A stretch of 64,000 nucleotides of DNA from the NCBI RefSeq assembly GCF_964355755.1, contig NC_092670.1:29686388-29750387 (forward strand), given 5' to 3'. The notes beneath the pieces are model-generated. The model saw only the letters and a list, made by a program, of their open reading frames with translations. It was not told where the DNA came from and did no database searches. How positions within the stretch are numbered: position 1 is the stretch's first letter; each line of letters starts with the position of its first letter. A program made the translations under genes and the position numbers. Below, in pieces: positions 1-13,791 of the stretch. Source of the stretch: Antedon mediterranea (taxonomy: Eukaryota; Animalia; Echinodermata).

Positions 1-407
1 TACAGGAATTTCAACACCACAACCGATGATTTGCCCTAAATATTTAGGTAGACTACAGTTTAATTTTTCACTGAATAGGAGCTTGCATTTCCGATTTCCA
101 TTTCGCAGAATGTCTAGGTCTATTTATTTAGTTTGGTTCTTATAATATATAAATACAATCAACTTTATTACTGCGGTTCCATCACCACCACCACCACGTG
201 CCGCCCAATTCCCGTACATAATTTTCCATTTCTCCCTCATTTCTTTAATCCACATAAATTAATTGTCCATTATGGAATCCAGTATTGGTTTTGTTGTCTC
301 TATTTCTGAATACCCCAATTAGGGGGACACTTCCGTTTTTGTTTAGTGTCCCAAAAAAGTCCCCGTCCGTGGATTCTACTGTATTCGAGAACCATCTGTG
401 AGCACCC

Positions 408-444
408 CTAGATGGTACGCGAGCGAAGCGAGCGTGCCATCTAG
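408..444 (+). mobile_element. Helitron/Helentron-type 3' terminal hairpin ending in CTAG
   Basis: ctagatggtacgc-gagcgaagcga-gcgtgccatctag is a 13-bp stem (one G-T pair) followed by tt, the usual rolling-circle 3' end layout. Confidence 0.5.
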
Positions 445-462
445 TTATTATAATTTATATTA

Positions 463-800
463 TGCACTTGTCAATTGTATGACTCACTATACGACCCCCG
501 GGAGAGGTGCGTCATGGGTGCGTCATTTACAAATAATTACTGACGCAGGGGTGCGTCAAAAAACCTAGATGGTACATCACATCAATGAACAAGGTGTGTC
601 AATGTCCGTCACTTTACCACCCACCATATCATAAACAACATGGTCACAGTGCGTCAAAATGGGTGCGTCATGGTCACCTAAAGGTAAGTCACCTTTTTGA
701 CGCACGGGTGTGTCATGGTATTCAAAAGTATGACGCACATCGGACAAATGACGCACCTCTCCCGGGGGTCGTATAGTGGGTCATACAATTGACAAGTGCA
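463..800. mobile_element. MITE with ~50-bp TIRs and TTA target duplication (PIF/Harbinger-like)
   Basis: tgcacttgtcaattgtatgactcactatacgacccccgggagaggtgcgtca is mirrored at the right end (...gtcatacaattgacaagtgca); TTA on both flanks; many internal gtgcgtca/tgacgcac motifs. Confidence 0.85.
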
Positions 801-1979
801 TTATACTGTACTAGTTTGTACATGTTTTTACCCAAAAAAAATGAATAAATAATTTGTTATTCAATCTAATTGCTTGTTTGTTCATCAATAACAAAACAAT
901 TGTAAGCAAGTATATAACAGTTCTTGTTAGTCGCTTATTTCAGGTAATATTATTAATATTAGCTAGGCCCGACGCGCCCGATCACAACGTCACTAAGTAA
1001 CTTTCCGCTCCTGGAACAATCGGTCGCTAATAGGGCTAGGCCTCGGACTCGTATAAAAGCTATTATAATAGTTATGATAAATATTCCTCAACTAAAATGT
1101 ATACTGTGATAAATAAACAAGTAATTATATACGTTGTATTGGAATGTATTTATTTATATGAATTCTTATACGCGGACAATTATAAACATCGCGTATATCG
1201 TTCGATATAAATAAATTCATAAACACGATGACGATGTGTTTACAAAATGGCGGTTTCGCTAGTTTTCGATGGAACAAATAGTGGTACCTTTAGTTTGAAT
1301 AGTCGGAGCTGCATCCCAACCACCGAATTTTGTATCTTAATATCGTATTCTGTAGATTATTAATTTTTCTAACAGGGATTTTAAATTCAGGACTGTTCAA
1401 TTTTTCTAAATATTTTATTTTAATGATTTTCTAGGGTACAATTTCGAAAAAAAGACATTGGTTGATTTTGCCGTTAAATTACAGATAATCGTTTTGTTCA
1501 AATACATTTAATTTTACATGACAATATATTAAAACCATTTATGAATTTATTTCACTAACAATATTTTTCCGATAATCAGCTAAATTTACAAATATTGTGT
1601 TTTTCCAACACCCTAAAATTTAGCAATTTTGAACTAAATTAGAAAAGTAGGGCGCCCTCTCCGAGTCGAAATTTGACACGATTTGTCGACTGGCTGTCCC
1701 ACTGAACAAATGTTGTTTTTAAAGTATAAAACTATATTCATAATAGTGCATATTCATGCATGATATGTTTTCAGACATTTTCGACAATGTAGAAAAATAA
1801 CTAAATTCAAATGTATGTACAGTATTATAATGTGTCAAAATTATTATTTATACAAAGGTTATTATCACATTGGACACCACAGCTACTGTATGTATCGTCA
1901 TCATAAAAGATTTTATGTGAATGTATTTTGCACCATTTTATTTTGTAATAACCAATATATTGTTAGAATTATATTTTCA

Positions 1980-4383
1980 GAATGGCATCAGAAGAAAAGA
2001 GACGTTAATTCAAATTTAGATGTAGGGTAGTACTAAAGGAAAGGACCAAACAGTTGTCTAATGTGGAAGAGTGGTCGAAGAAGAAACACCCCCCCCCCCC
2101 CCAAAAGACGAAAGGTCAAATACGCGACTACCGAGAAAGACTTAAAAAAAGATCCTAATCGATACCGTGAAGAATATTATATTATTTAATGAGCAAAGGG
2201 CTAAACAGAGAGTGAAGATCAGATTACGTGTGGCAAAGCATCGTGCTGCAAATATTTTATTTTAAATGTTTTCTGTAATAAATAGCTTAATAATGTACCA
2301 TTATGACAATATTGCCAAATTAAGATTAAATGTAATGACAATACATAAATCTTTAATTTTGTAGGCATAGCTGAAATTAGGAAGACACCCAAGACACGAA
2401 GTACTATTGATAAACAGAAAGAGTATTGGAGACATAAAAAAAGAGAACAGGGAGCAAAAAGAACATCACAGCAACACCGGCGGGAAAAGAAGCGGAGGCG
2501 AGCAAAATATGCAGAAAATAAAGCTGAAGTAATCAGGTTATTGAAGACGTCAAAGGTAAAGAGAACTTTGAAGAATGATGCATCTTTAGTCTGAACAAGA
2601 ACAGAAAGCAGGAATTCCTACAGGAAACAACTGAAGCAATCAAATTAACCATGTCAAAGCTGAATAAAAAGAAATCTAGCTGATCTGAACAAGAAACGAA
2701 TCCTAATTACCTCATCAGTCATAAAGAAGAAGCGGGTGCGACAACATATGAAATACAAATCATTAAAAAAAGCATTCACAATGCAATCTCTGAATGCTCT
2801 CAGGAAGAAGAAGAGCGACTCGCTAGATATTGAAACAGTGAAGCAGGTTGAAAACTTTTTTAATCGTGGGGACATATCTAGAAGCCTACCGAATGCGAAA
2901 ACAATTGGAAACTTGGTTGTTGGAAGAAAGGTGAGGAAACGCAGATTACATAGTGCCTACATACAGTTCAATACAGATAATCCGGGAAAAAGTGCCTTCG
3001 AGAAGATAAGACCAAAGCCTATACTTACCATGGACAATAACAAGCATGAGGCCTGCCTTTGTGAGTATTGCATCAATATAGATTTCAAAGTAAAATCACT
3101 CTCAGCCTTTGCATATTTCCATCAACTAGACCAATGTACCATTAAAGATTGATACGACGCATCAAATCATACGCTTTGTCCAAAGAATGGATTAGAAAGA
3201 AAGAGAGCATGTTTGGACCAAAGTAAAAATACAATTATAATCAGTATAAATTACAGAATATTCATCTGGTTTTTTTTTTATTTCTAATTATTTAAAAAAA
3301 ATTAATTATCTTCTTTTTGATGATCTGATATCAATTTAAATAACATTTTTTACTAACCTGACATTTTGATGAATATTATTGTTTGCGTTGCACTCACTGC
3401 CTGTTTTTTCACGCTGCTGCTCTAGCCCGCTACGTCCCATTAGGACTACTCAATCAGAAGCTAAAGCAAGCAGCAGTTATAGTTCTAAGGACAGACAGTT
3501 TTGTGAAAATGGAAACTCCACTATGATTTATTGATTCCAGTAGACCCAAAAAACGGCTGGGAAAGAGTCTATTAGGACATGTCATGCTAAAATTACAAAT
3601 CCCTATATTCACTGTGTCAGTGTCAGATATTCATTGAATTATTATCGAAACAGTCCATTAAAGTTTGTGTTTGTAATAGGATACTTCACAATTGAAATAT
3701 CTAGGGTGATGAAGTGACCCCCAGATTTGACCTTAGCAATAAAATTAACTAAAGTGACAGAAATTGAGTATTCACTTCTGTAACAAAAAATAATATTTAT
3801 TCACATATAAAAAATGAAAAGAAACCCCAAAACCATTGTCTGACAGACAATTTAAGTATTTGTTGCTTTAAATTACATTTTTTCAGGTAAAATAACTATT
3901 GTATCTATTATGTGACAATAAAATGACACATTCAAAAACATTTGAAATAAAAAATATTTTTCAATAAGCGAGCAGCGTTTTTTGTAAGAAATATTTCTTG
4001 TTTAGAATGCATTGACTTCACACTTTTTAGTCAAGGCCTGCTAGAACTGATATCGTCAGTAAATATCAACTCTTCTGACTATTTTCTACTATTTAATAAT
4101 TTTATAATATGTATATTTACAGATCAGATAACCTGGCAATGTGGCGACTGGGTTTTTGTTGTGTATGTAGGATTAAATACCCCGGAATTGTAATGCAGGC
4201 AGATCAATAATGATGAAACCGAGGTAGACTGCATGCAGAAGAGTGGAAAGTTTTGGAAGTGGCCTATTGGGTGCCCGACCAATAAGGACATCCTTTGATA
4301 TGTTCGGGAAAATATTGTTAAAAAGGTCGAACCACCAATTCCTGTTTCAAAACGAGGGCTAAATAAATTTTCTGACTTTTGAA
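1980..4383 (+). pseudogene. Degenerate, internally deleted DNA-transposon protein (Sola2-like N- and C-terminal parts)
   Basis: Spliced, frameshifted pieces: basic coiled N-terminus, FEKIRPK..HEACLCEYCINI (2736-3152), and a last exon from 4123 reading GDWVFVVY..VDCMQKSGKFWKWP..DIL*Y..IVKKVEPPIPVSKRG; no catalytic core seen between them. Confidence 0.55.
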
Positions 4384-5489
4384 TTTTCCATATGAAAACA
4401 AAAGTTAAGGTTGATAATGTTTGTTATGTATGTGCATCCCACCTTGATACCTTGATATGTAAATTAGGCTAGTCACAATTTGTTGTAGTCACTGTTCATT
4501 GTATGAGAGCGGTGCACTATAAGCGATACATTGTATTAACGTTGTTGTACACCTTCAATGCTCCGTGTGGAGACATAATCATACATAAGTGAGCCCTAGT
4601 ATCAGGTATTTACATTATACAATTCGTATTTATTATTTACTAATGATTTATAATAATTTAGTTAGGTTTGATAGACATAATGATCATAGTATGTGTGATA
4701 AGCCGTAGTATACGTTAGGGACGTGCTTTATGGCGCCGTTTCAATTGTTTCTCTGTTTGTTTTGTTTTAGTTTACCGGATGAACGGATGAATAGAAATAA
4801 AGTGAGCAAGTATAGCTCAAGAAAGAGAAGCTATTCTTCTGTGGTTTTGTCCGCGTTTAAACTGCGGGCTTTCCATGCAGAACAATGTTAGTTATATTAG
4901 TTTTGTAACTGGTTAGTATCAACTTGAATATCATTATTGTTGTCGCACATGATGGCATATTTCATTGCTTGGATTGATTAGTGTAAATTACCTATTATTG
5001 CTAGTAAATGTATATACTTGAGGTATATTCTGTTCATTTTTTTATTGTTTACATTTAATTTTTAAACAGCAGTGACTTTACAAATCTTTTATATAGAAAT
5101 TAAATCAACTTTAACAGCTTTGCATATGTCATAAGCCATTTTTTAAACTTGAAAAGTTGTGATTTAAATAATAAATAATATTTTTCTGCATTGAAGATGT
5201 TCCCAAAAGCTATTTAAAATATCCAATTTAAACAGTTTAATGTTACTATAATAACATATAAGAGGGATAGATAATGTGATTTTGGTGTCTCTGTTACACA
5301 TGAAATTTGCTATATATGTTAATACTACAGTATATAAATGCTGTTACATAGAGACAACAGATTTAATGTGTATATTGCATTTTTTTTAGTTCAAATACAT
5401 GATATACTATTTAGAATTGATTATTAGACTTGTCACACTTTGAAATTCTGACCCTAATGTCACACCTTATTGGCCCCTTTATTTAAATA

Positions 5490-5795
5490 TGGAAACACCA
5501 ATCCCCTACCAAGTTTTTAGGAATAGAGTGGAATCCCCGAAACGACAAGCTTAAGATACCAATACTAACGTACTGCGAAGAAGCGATGATACTATTGAGA
5601 AATTTGTGGGAAAAGAAAGTAGATTGGGACTAAGGGATTGATCCTGAAGACTTGGATGAATGGCGAAGTTTCCTGAAAGATGTTGAGAACTGTGAAAAGA
5701 CATCAATGCTTCAAAGTATAAATTCAGGCAATCAAAGAGAAAACCCTACGTTGCTCATATTCTCGCCAAGAAGCTATAGGACAGTTGCCTGCATC
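5490..5795 (+). mobile_element. BEL/Pao LTR retrotransposon pol fragment
   Basis: Translates TKFLGIEWNPRNDKL, then AMILLRNLWEKKVDWD*..EWRSFLKDV and LLIFS..YRTVA, matching BEL/Pao post-RT/RNase H motifs; contains stops. Confidence 0.65.
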
Positions 5796-7779
5796 AGTCC
5801 TCATGTCTTAGAATCTTGATTGCTGCTAAAAGTAGACTTTCCCCCTCAAAATAACAAATGTAGTCAGGAGTAATGAGTGTTCGATTAGCTAAAACCATCA
5901 TAGAAGAGAGCGGAATTCCGTCTGATAGGGTGTTATATCTAGTAGATAACAATATTTGTTTTGTTCTTTGGGAGGATCTGATAGACATGTTTCTGGCTGG
6001 CATGCCCTTAACAAAATTTGTAAGGCCCTTGAAAATGTGTCAAACATTACAGCAACAAAGAACCGACACCATGTTTACCACATTTTTATGTGTTTTCCTG
6101 AACTAAACAGGTTATAACTTTGTTTTAAAGACTTTTTACAGTAACCTGTAATGTACATACCTCTTTTATAACGTACTAGGTCAGTTTCTGAAAAAATTGA
6201 GAAAAATATTCCGATAGCTTGATATTTTTGTTGAGGTTATTACATGATACACACAAAAAAAAAATTTTATTTTGAGCTAAAAGTCCATCTTTTTGGTTTA
6301 ATAAAAGCTATCTAGCAGATATTAATACACAAAATTCATATTTTATTGCATAGATATTGTGATTATCTTTCCAATAAAATATGCGTTTGTGTAAGAATGG
6401 CTGTACAAGATTGTTTGTACTGGACCAAAAAGATGGATTTTTAGCACAAAATCAAAATATTTTTAGCATGCACCATGTGTAATAACCTCAGGAAAAATAT
6501 CAAGCTATAAAAACATTGTTTTCATTTTATCTCAGAAACTTACTTAGTATATGGTAGAAGGTGTATGTAAGTTACACGTCACTGACAACAATCTTTTAAA
6601 AAGTTACAACCAGCTAAGTTTATGAAACCACATAAAATAATGTGGGATTTTTTGGGAAAAAATGAAGATTGAGGGCGCTGTTCACATAAGTAAAAATACA
6701 CTTTTTGCCTGTATCTAATTAAGTTTTAGCCATAATAATTTGAAAATAGTCTTATTTGATAGATAATTAAATTTTCTTTATATAAAAAAAAACAACTTTA
6801 TAACTTTATATTAAATACACATGTGAAGTGCTTAAAATCAGCAAATATGACACATTTTAATATTATAACAAATGCTAGTGATGTTAATAAATTACAAAGT
6901 TATAAATAATATTCTTGTACATTTCTATAAAAGTAAATTTTTCGAACCATTTCACAAAAACAACCATTTTACGGCCAATAGTTTTTGAGATTAAAGAAAT
7001 GTGTACTACCAGTACAGGTCAAAGGTCAATAAAATATTTCGGGTCATTTTCTTGTAAAAGTTCTTATTAGACTGAATAGAAAAATATACCTTCAGATTAA
7101 TTTGAGCCCTATTTAAAGTTTGTCCAACTATTAGTTACGGAGTTATATGATATGTAGGTCAAAGGTCAAATATGCCAAAAATCATACTTCCAGTCATTTT
7201 TTGACAAACTTTTTCATTAGAACGAATATTAATATGCATCTCCCAAATAATTTGACACTAAAATTATTTCATTTAATGTAAGCGTTGCAAAGATATGATC
7301 ATTTTGTTTTCAATGGGTCAAAACATTCAAATTGAGGTCAGAGGTCAAAGATGAATTTTAGAAATTTGACAACATGGGTTTTTATAACCAGCATGATTCA
7401 CATATTCATAAAACACAATGTTTACACTTTCCCCATGATCTGCACACGAAAATACATAGGGATCTGGACTATTTGCACTGAATTAAATTGCACTAAACCT
7501 AATAAGAAAAAATTGATATGATGTGCACGGGGATTCTAGTTTTAAATTCTTTTAACTAAACCAATTATCTAATCCCAAATAAATAGTTCAGAGAAAACAC
7601 AGTGGGTGGCAATTGCTTAGCGAAACAAAAAAACAATTGCGCGCAATCCCACCAATCAAGGACAAGTCCTGTGCTGGTGTATCTGGCTGACACCATGCGC
7701 TGCAGTGCAGACATTCTATTTCGATAGTCATTTCGCTATTATTTATACTACTGTAAACATCAACTTTCACGACTACCGT

Positions 7780-7945
7780 TTTTTAATTTACCACCGCTCT
7801 ACTTTTGACCACCGATTTTTATATTGACTACCGCTTATACTTTTGACCGCCGATTTACTTCTTGACCACCGCTTTACCATTGACAGCCGATTTTTATTTT
7901 GACCACTGCTATAAATACGTTTGACCGCCGATTTACTTCTTGATC
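7780..7945. repeat. Degenerate ~21-bp tandem array (ttgaccaccg/ttgaccgccg core)
   Basis: About 8 recurrences of ttgacc(a/g)ccg-like cores spaced ~20-24 bp, just upstream of the Zator-like ORF. Confidence 0.7.
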
Positions 7946-8012
7946 ACGGATTTTTGCATTTTAAACGACTTTCGTTATTGTCGACCCGTCATTTGTTGGA
8001 ACAACAATTTTT

Positions 8013-9630
8013 TTGCATTTCTGTCGTTCGCAAATTGCGATGCTTAATGAGGCGTTTTTGTATTACAGTGATGATTGCTTACGAATGTCTTGCGACGACA
8101 AGAACAAAGTAAACGTAGGAACATTAGCGGTAAGTTGTTACCACCAAATTAATCGTTTTTTTCCGGAAAATGATCAACCAGATTATTTCGATCATGACTT
8201 TCCATATTCCGACTCAAAGATCGTCCCATCTGGATATCTAGTAATGGAAACAAAGGTGCGACAGAATGGCCGATCAAGGAGTGCGGAAAGATTCGGTCGT
8301 TCTGTCAATTCAATCGGAGCACGTTCAAGATCACTGAGCCGGATTCCGACTCATAATGATGGAAACCGATATTATACGGACAATCAGCAACGCATGCATG
8401 TTCGTTACGGTAGGACAGGCCCAGCCTTCGTTTTCAACCGGGCTTGTAAGTTTCATGCATCAAATGCTCAAACGCATGCAAATGATATGTACAACATTTT
8501 ACGTGAATACAATAAAGAAGACAAATCAGCAATCCTTGTGCTATCTGACCGGACAACCAAGTCCACCAAAACGCTCATTTCACATGGTCGGCTGTGGAGA
8601 GATTTAAACTTTGATTTCTACCCCATCGCTAACCATGCAGCCGACCATTCAGCGAAAAATCCCGTCGAATATTTATGGGCACCGCTTTCAAAACGGTTGG
8701 TGTCTGTTACCCTGCCCATCACTCTTCCAGGTGAAACTGTTCCTCCAAGTGAACAAACTGCTCTAAAACAGAAGAAGAGAGACGCGAAAATATCGTACGG
8801 TATTTGACCATGCAATTGATACATTAAACAACTACTTGACAATAAAACATGATGGATATGATATAAACCCAATCAAAGTGGCATGCGCGGAACTGCCAGG
8901 ACCCTATTCAGACTCTGAACTGCTTGATACATTTACTAAAACAGGAATTCGAAAGATTCTGCAAACTCCTTCTCTAAATAAGATCAGAGAGGAGTATATC
9001 TTTTTTCTCAACCACTGTATTCGCAGAACGAACCTTATTGAATTTGTAAAATGCGAAAGAATAAACTGTAATCACTGTACAATGAATCCACCAAAGAAAA
9101 CGAAGTTTATGGACTATATTAGACGGTCGGGCGGAAGAATGCCAACAAAGAACGAAAATCAACCTGGACACTATTATACATGGCTTGAAATGAAAAATCG
9201 AGTATTCCACATGAACAAACCCATGATAGGTACAAGGTAAAATTATGTTTGTCTTGCCTAACTGTACTGTATGTATTTCCGTTTGTTTTTGTCACACCCC
9301 GGGCCCATGTAACTTAAATTTCGTTTTAAAAGTATGTGTAATACTAATAGTGCACATTAAAACATATTGCGTGGTAGCCATAGAAGATTATACTGTACCA
9401 TATTGTCGCTTCAAATAATTGTCAAATTATTAAAATACTAGAAACCCAAAATGCATTGATCATGTGAATAACATTAATTATTGTTTTTTATTTAGAAATA
9501 GACAGTGAATGTCCGTCGATGGAGAAACGGACTAACACCGAGAAACGAAATGTAATTATGTATTTACTTCAAAATCCGATGAAACCCAGCATCATTCAAT
9601 AATGCACAGCCGACAAGGAAGAAAGCTGTA
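8013..9630 (+). pseudogene. Degenerate Zator-like DDE transposase with C-terminal C2H2-like finger
   Basis: Motifs MSCDDKNKVNVG, DHDFPYSDSKIVPSGYL and HSAKNPVEYLWAPLSKRL in ORF 8013-8807; frameshifted continuation 8836-9240; final exon KCNYVFTSKSDETQHHSIMH; the region around the second catalytic Asp looks shortened. Confidence 0.65.
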
Positions 9631-10087
9631 GTCTAATACATACACTTTTTACATCTGCTTAAATTGTTACAAGTTGTTTACAAGTTGTTACATTTTGCAG
9701 ATGTGAAGGGTATAACATTGTTTAGCTAAAAAGCCACTTTAAGGTAAATTAGAGAAACAATAAATATAGTATAAAAATAAAAATACTGTAGTAAATAAAC
9801 AACTGATAGATAATACCATCGTAATAAAACAGAAGTTATTGTTCATTTGTTTGTTTATTTACAGAAGTCCATAAGCCGGAATTGTCACCCACAAAGGCAG
9901 CGGTAGCATTCAAAGTATAAATCAGCCTGCTTCTTAAGCCAATTAACTATTATGTAACACTTTCAGCGACGCATAGAAAAAGCGGTACACCAAACAATTT
10001 TGCAGTTAAACATCCAACACTTTATATTTGTTTCATTTGTGAACAAATTGTTATTGAAGGCAGAACTGTTTTTTTACGAACACAATG

Positions 10088-13000
10088 CAGGCCTCGAATT
10101 TTACCGCGGCCACCGCGGCCAGTGCCGTCGGTGCCCTCCCAGTTGGCCTCAATGCCCTCGAAAATGAATAGCACCCACGGCCACTACTGGCCTGCCCTTT
10201 TTTTTGCGTTGGCCGCGAGTGCCCTTCCCGAGTTTTACCACAATAAAAACCATTGAATTAGATAGAAAATAATGTCAAGAAGATTTGTTTACACGACGCG
10301 GACGAGACGCAAAACTATCGCCTGTCTTCGTTGCAAGGGGATTTCCCTAAACGCATTTATTAATACACAAACAGTAAACAAAACATCGAACATTGCAATA
10401 GGGTAACCAAAACAATATCATCCCGGCCGCCGTGCGTGGTAAATCATGGTATAGATAGTACATTAAAATACAGGGGTGTAAACTTTTAATAATCAAGCTA
10501 AAAACGTTCCTCGATCGGAGGTTACTGAAAGTATTAAAGTCGCACAATAATCGAGCTAGCCGCCTTCGATAAAAAAAATTACACGCACTCCTAGCTAGCC
10601 TAGCCTATCCTCCCGCCGCCGATCCGATCGAACACACGCAATTCAATGCATTGGGAAAACAATTCTATTTGACGCACACGCACCCTCTGATAAGAAATTT
10701 CACACATTACACCACACAACGTCGAGAGTACGCGCGAAGGATCGGCGGATCGGATCGTTGGAAAAACAATTCCTTTTGACGTACACGCACCCTCTGAGAA
10801 GAAAATACCATGTGCGTTCCTGCATGGTGTAGTCCATTATACGTGTAAAATTAGGGGTGTTTACCTTTAGCACCAAAGTTAAACCTGCACCCTGCACCCA
10901 CCTCAATCCAGCAGACAGATCATCGAAAAATCTTGTTTAACAACGTCGTACACTAAATTACCAAACGCGTTTTTACCGAATTCAAGGAAATGGTATAGTC
11001 CAGAATACACGTGCCGAAGGCTAAACAGAGAGAGATAGGGGTCGGTGTCCGTCCGTGTTTTGAATTCTTATAAATATGGGTTATACTAACAAAAAAGCTT
11101 CAGAAATCGAAACTCGCAAAATAACTATAATTTATATTCTACTAGGTATCCCAATGAAGCGGATTTTCGTTACCGCGATTTTAACACGTTCGTGAAATTT
11201 CAAAAAGTGACGTGTCTTTGAAGTTAAAAATATACTATTTCTGATATACACATGTGAATAAAAATTATATGTCTGGAAAGATCTTGTTTAAGGGATTATT
11301 TTCATATATTTTTAATCTATGTTTATTAAATATTTTAATAGAAAACGCGAGTTAAAAATGAGGTACAAAAGCCGGCGAGCCGAAATCCGCGCGCTAAAAA
11401 TAACTTTGGAAAACACCTACCCATTTTCAAAACACGATCGCACGAGGTCCATAATAGGTGGTGGAGTAATTTTTGTTGCATGTTATCAGGCTTTAAATAC
11501 TCTTTATTTTGATATGTAAATCGGTTATTATTATTATGTACATCCGCCTCAAATGTCAATTTTAACGATAAAAATTGAATTTTTTAGTCTTTCTCATTAT
11601 CAAAATCTGGCTAATTTAGTATTGAATTGAAGCTAATTTATATTTCTGTTTGATAAACCACATCGTTTTATTTGACTTTGCGTGGACCTCGTGCGAAGAG
11701 GCCAACAAGACCAACCACTGAAAAAAATAATCCCTACCATAAATATCAGTGTTTACCATTTTCCTTACGGGGGGGATTCAGTTCTCCGCTTATTACTAAA
11801 TTATCGTCGCCCACACAATGTGCATGGTATGCATGTATTAGCGCGTTAATTAATGATTGGATAACCCCTGCAGTGGACTGTTCCATTTTCTGAACTAGTC
11901 TTCGCCGCACACGAGGCATGTCGAAAAATGTCGCCTCTCATGGAATATTTGCTTCGAAACGTCAATTTTACCGATTTATTAAATTATTTAATAAGTGGAA
12001 TATTTATAAATCTACTATATAAAGCAAGTACGTTAGGAAGAAATGTACCGAAGAAATTTAAGAAGCTTTGATTTTGCTATGCAGCGGCCGTAAGCCATTC
12101 TATGTAGGCGGCCGAAACGCTCTTTGGCCTGTGTTGCCGTTGTATGTCTACGCTGTTTCTAGGCCTAAATTTTATTCCGTATATTTCAATTCAAAGTGCA
12201 ACTTTCGGTTAGAATAATCGAAAGGGAAATAAAATTAAACATGCTACAATTATACCATTGAGGTAATTACTTTGTTAAATAAAAAATTTGTTCCCGATAT
12301 TTCTTAGGCAGAATTTAGCGTCAGGCTTTTATTTAGACCTTGCTAGCTAGGGGCCTATCTTAACTTGTAGTAGGCGCGGCCGAGTCTACGTTCGGCCCGG
12401 CGCTCCAAATGGAATCGAACACATAATAAGCACGGGCTTAATTCTTATTTTTGGCGGTTCGAAAATCAATTTAAATAATATATGATTATAAATATAACTT
12501 TAAATACTAGAATTATTAAAAAAATGTATACTTACGAAAAATAATATTTAATGAAAAGAAACAATACCCACACAGTTTTTTAACGCAATATTTTTTTTTT
12601 TCACATTTTAACATTTTTTAACAATATTTTATGTTGTATTTCAGAATTACCTACCTGTCAATATAAATAACCTTACTAAAATACATATTACATTTTATGC
12701 AATGCAAAAAAAAAGAAGTTAATTCACACATTGGTTCAAAAGTTATGAATCATTTAAAGACAGGAACTTTTTGGGCATTTTTGCGACATTGGGAAAATCA
12801 CGCGTAAAAAGCCCTCAGACGAATTTTGTAGGGCGAAAAAAAAAAATGTCGAGGACACCCAAAAAAAATTTTTTCTTGTACAACTCTGTTGTATCTATGG
12901 GTTTGGAAAAAATAAGAACTTTAAAATTATTAGTATAAAAGTTATAACCCTTCAAAAATGGGTTCAAATATAATTAGAAAAAGTGCCATTTTTCAAGCAA

Positions 13001-13791
13001 AAATCACTGTTTTTTGGGCACTTTAACGGACCATAACTTTTGAATGGATAATCCGATTTCAATCATTTAAATTGCAAAAGTTTATGTTTAGTAAGTTCCT
13101 TCTGATTAACTGAAAGAAAAAGTACCATCATTAATTTGAATTTTTACATTGGGATACCTAATTCTACTACATAATGTCATTGGCTTGATTTTTACCGTGG
13201 TTAACACTCTGTGTATGAATAGTTGTAGGTAAGGCCTACAAACAAATTGTTTTTGTATCATGTTTTCTCCGTCGGCTGCTAGCTAAGTAAGGCTGAGTAG
13301 CTTGCTGTTATGAGGGTTTTTATACCTGTTCCGGGCCTTACTTGGTTGGTTTCACATGCCTTTTTATCGCATTATTTGAAACTAAACGAAACATTCAACA
13401 CAGGACGGTAAACTATAAACGCTGAACATCGTACCTATTTATTATTTATATGGATCGTAAATACACGTAATATTTATATGAAATACAAAAAGATGTATTG
13501 TAGACAGTCCTACTACTACTCCGCGATCTGATGAATAGGGGGAAATCCCCAAAACATTTTGCGGGTAGAATTTTTTTTTTTTTTTTGAAAAAAATTCCAC
13601 CCTCAACCGGAAACAAGATATTTTTAAATTTTGGCCTGGTTATTAAAATATTTTTTGATTTTGGCCTTGGTGCCCCTTTGATTTAAAACAAATGGCCTTG
13701 GTGCCCTCCCATTTGGCCTTGGTGCCCCTAAAATCAATGAAAACCGGAGGCCAAATGGCCTTGCCCCTAAAATCCCCAAATTCGAGGCCTG
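10088..13791. mobile_element. Non-autonomous TIR element, CAGG ends, 6-bp TSD (hAT-like)
   Basis: caggcctcgaattt...aaattcgaggcctg, perfect 14-bp TIR; acaatg on both flanks; subterminal ggcc..gtgccc repeats. Confidence 0.85.
11143..13160. mobile_element. Non-autonomous TIR element, TAGG ends, 7-bp TSD (copy 1, nested)
   Basis: taggtatcccaatg...cattgggataccta; attctac on both flanks; full-length homolog at 34630-37372. Confidence 0.9.

Noticed and set aside
4480-4960. Possible solo LTR near the BEL/Pao fragment
   Set aside because: Could not define TG..CA ends with a TSD or a second copy
7598-7633. Second RSS-like motif (cacagtg ... acaaaaaaa)
   Set aside because: Spacer is 20 nt, with no Transib coding sequence or partner end; probably chance
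11319-11519. ORF repeated at 34804-35004
   Set aside because: Shared only because both lie in copies of the same non-autonomous element; no protein motif
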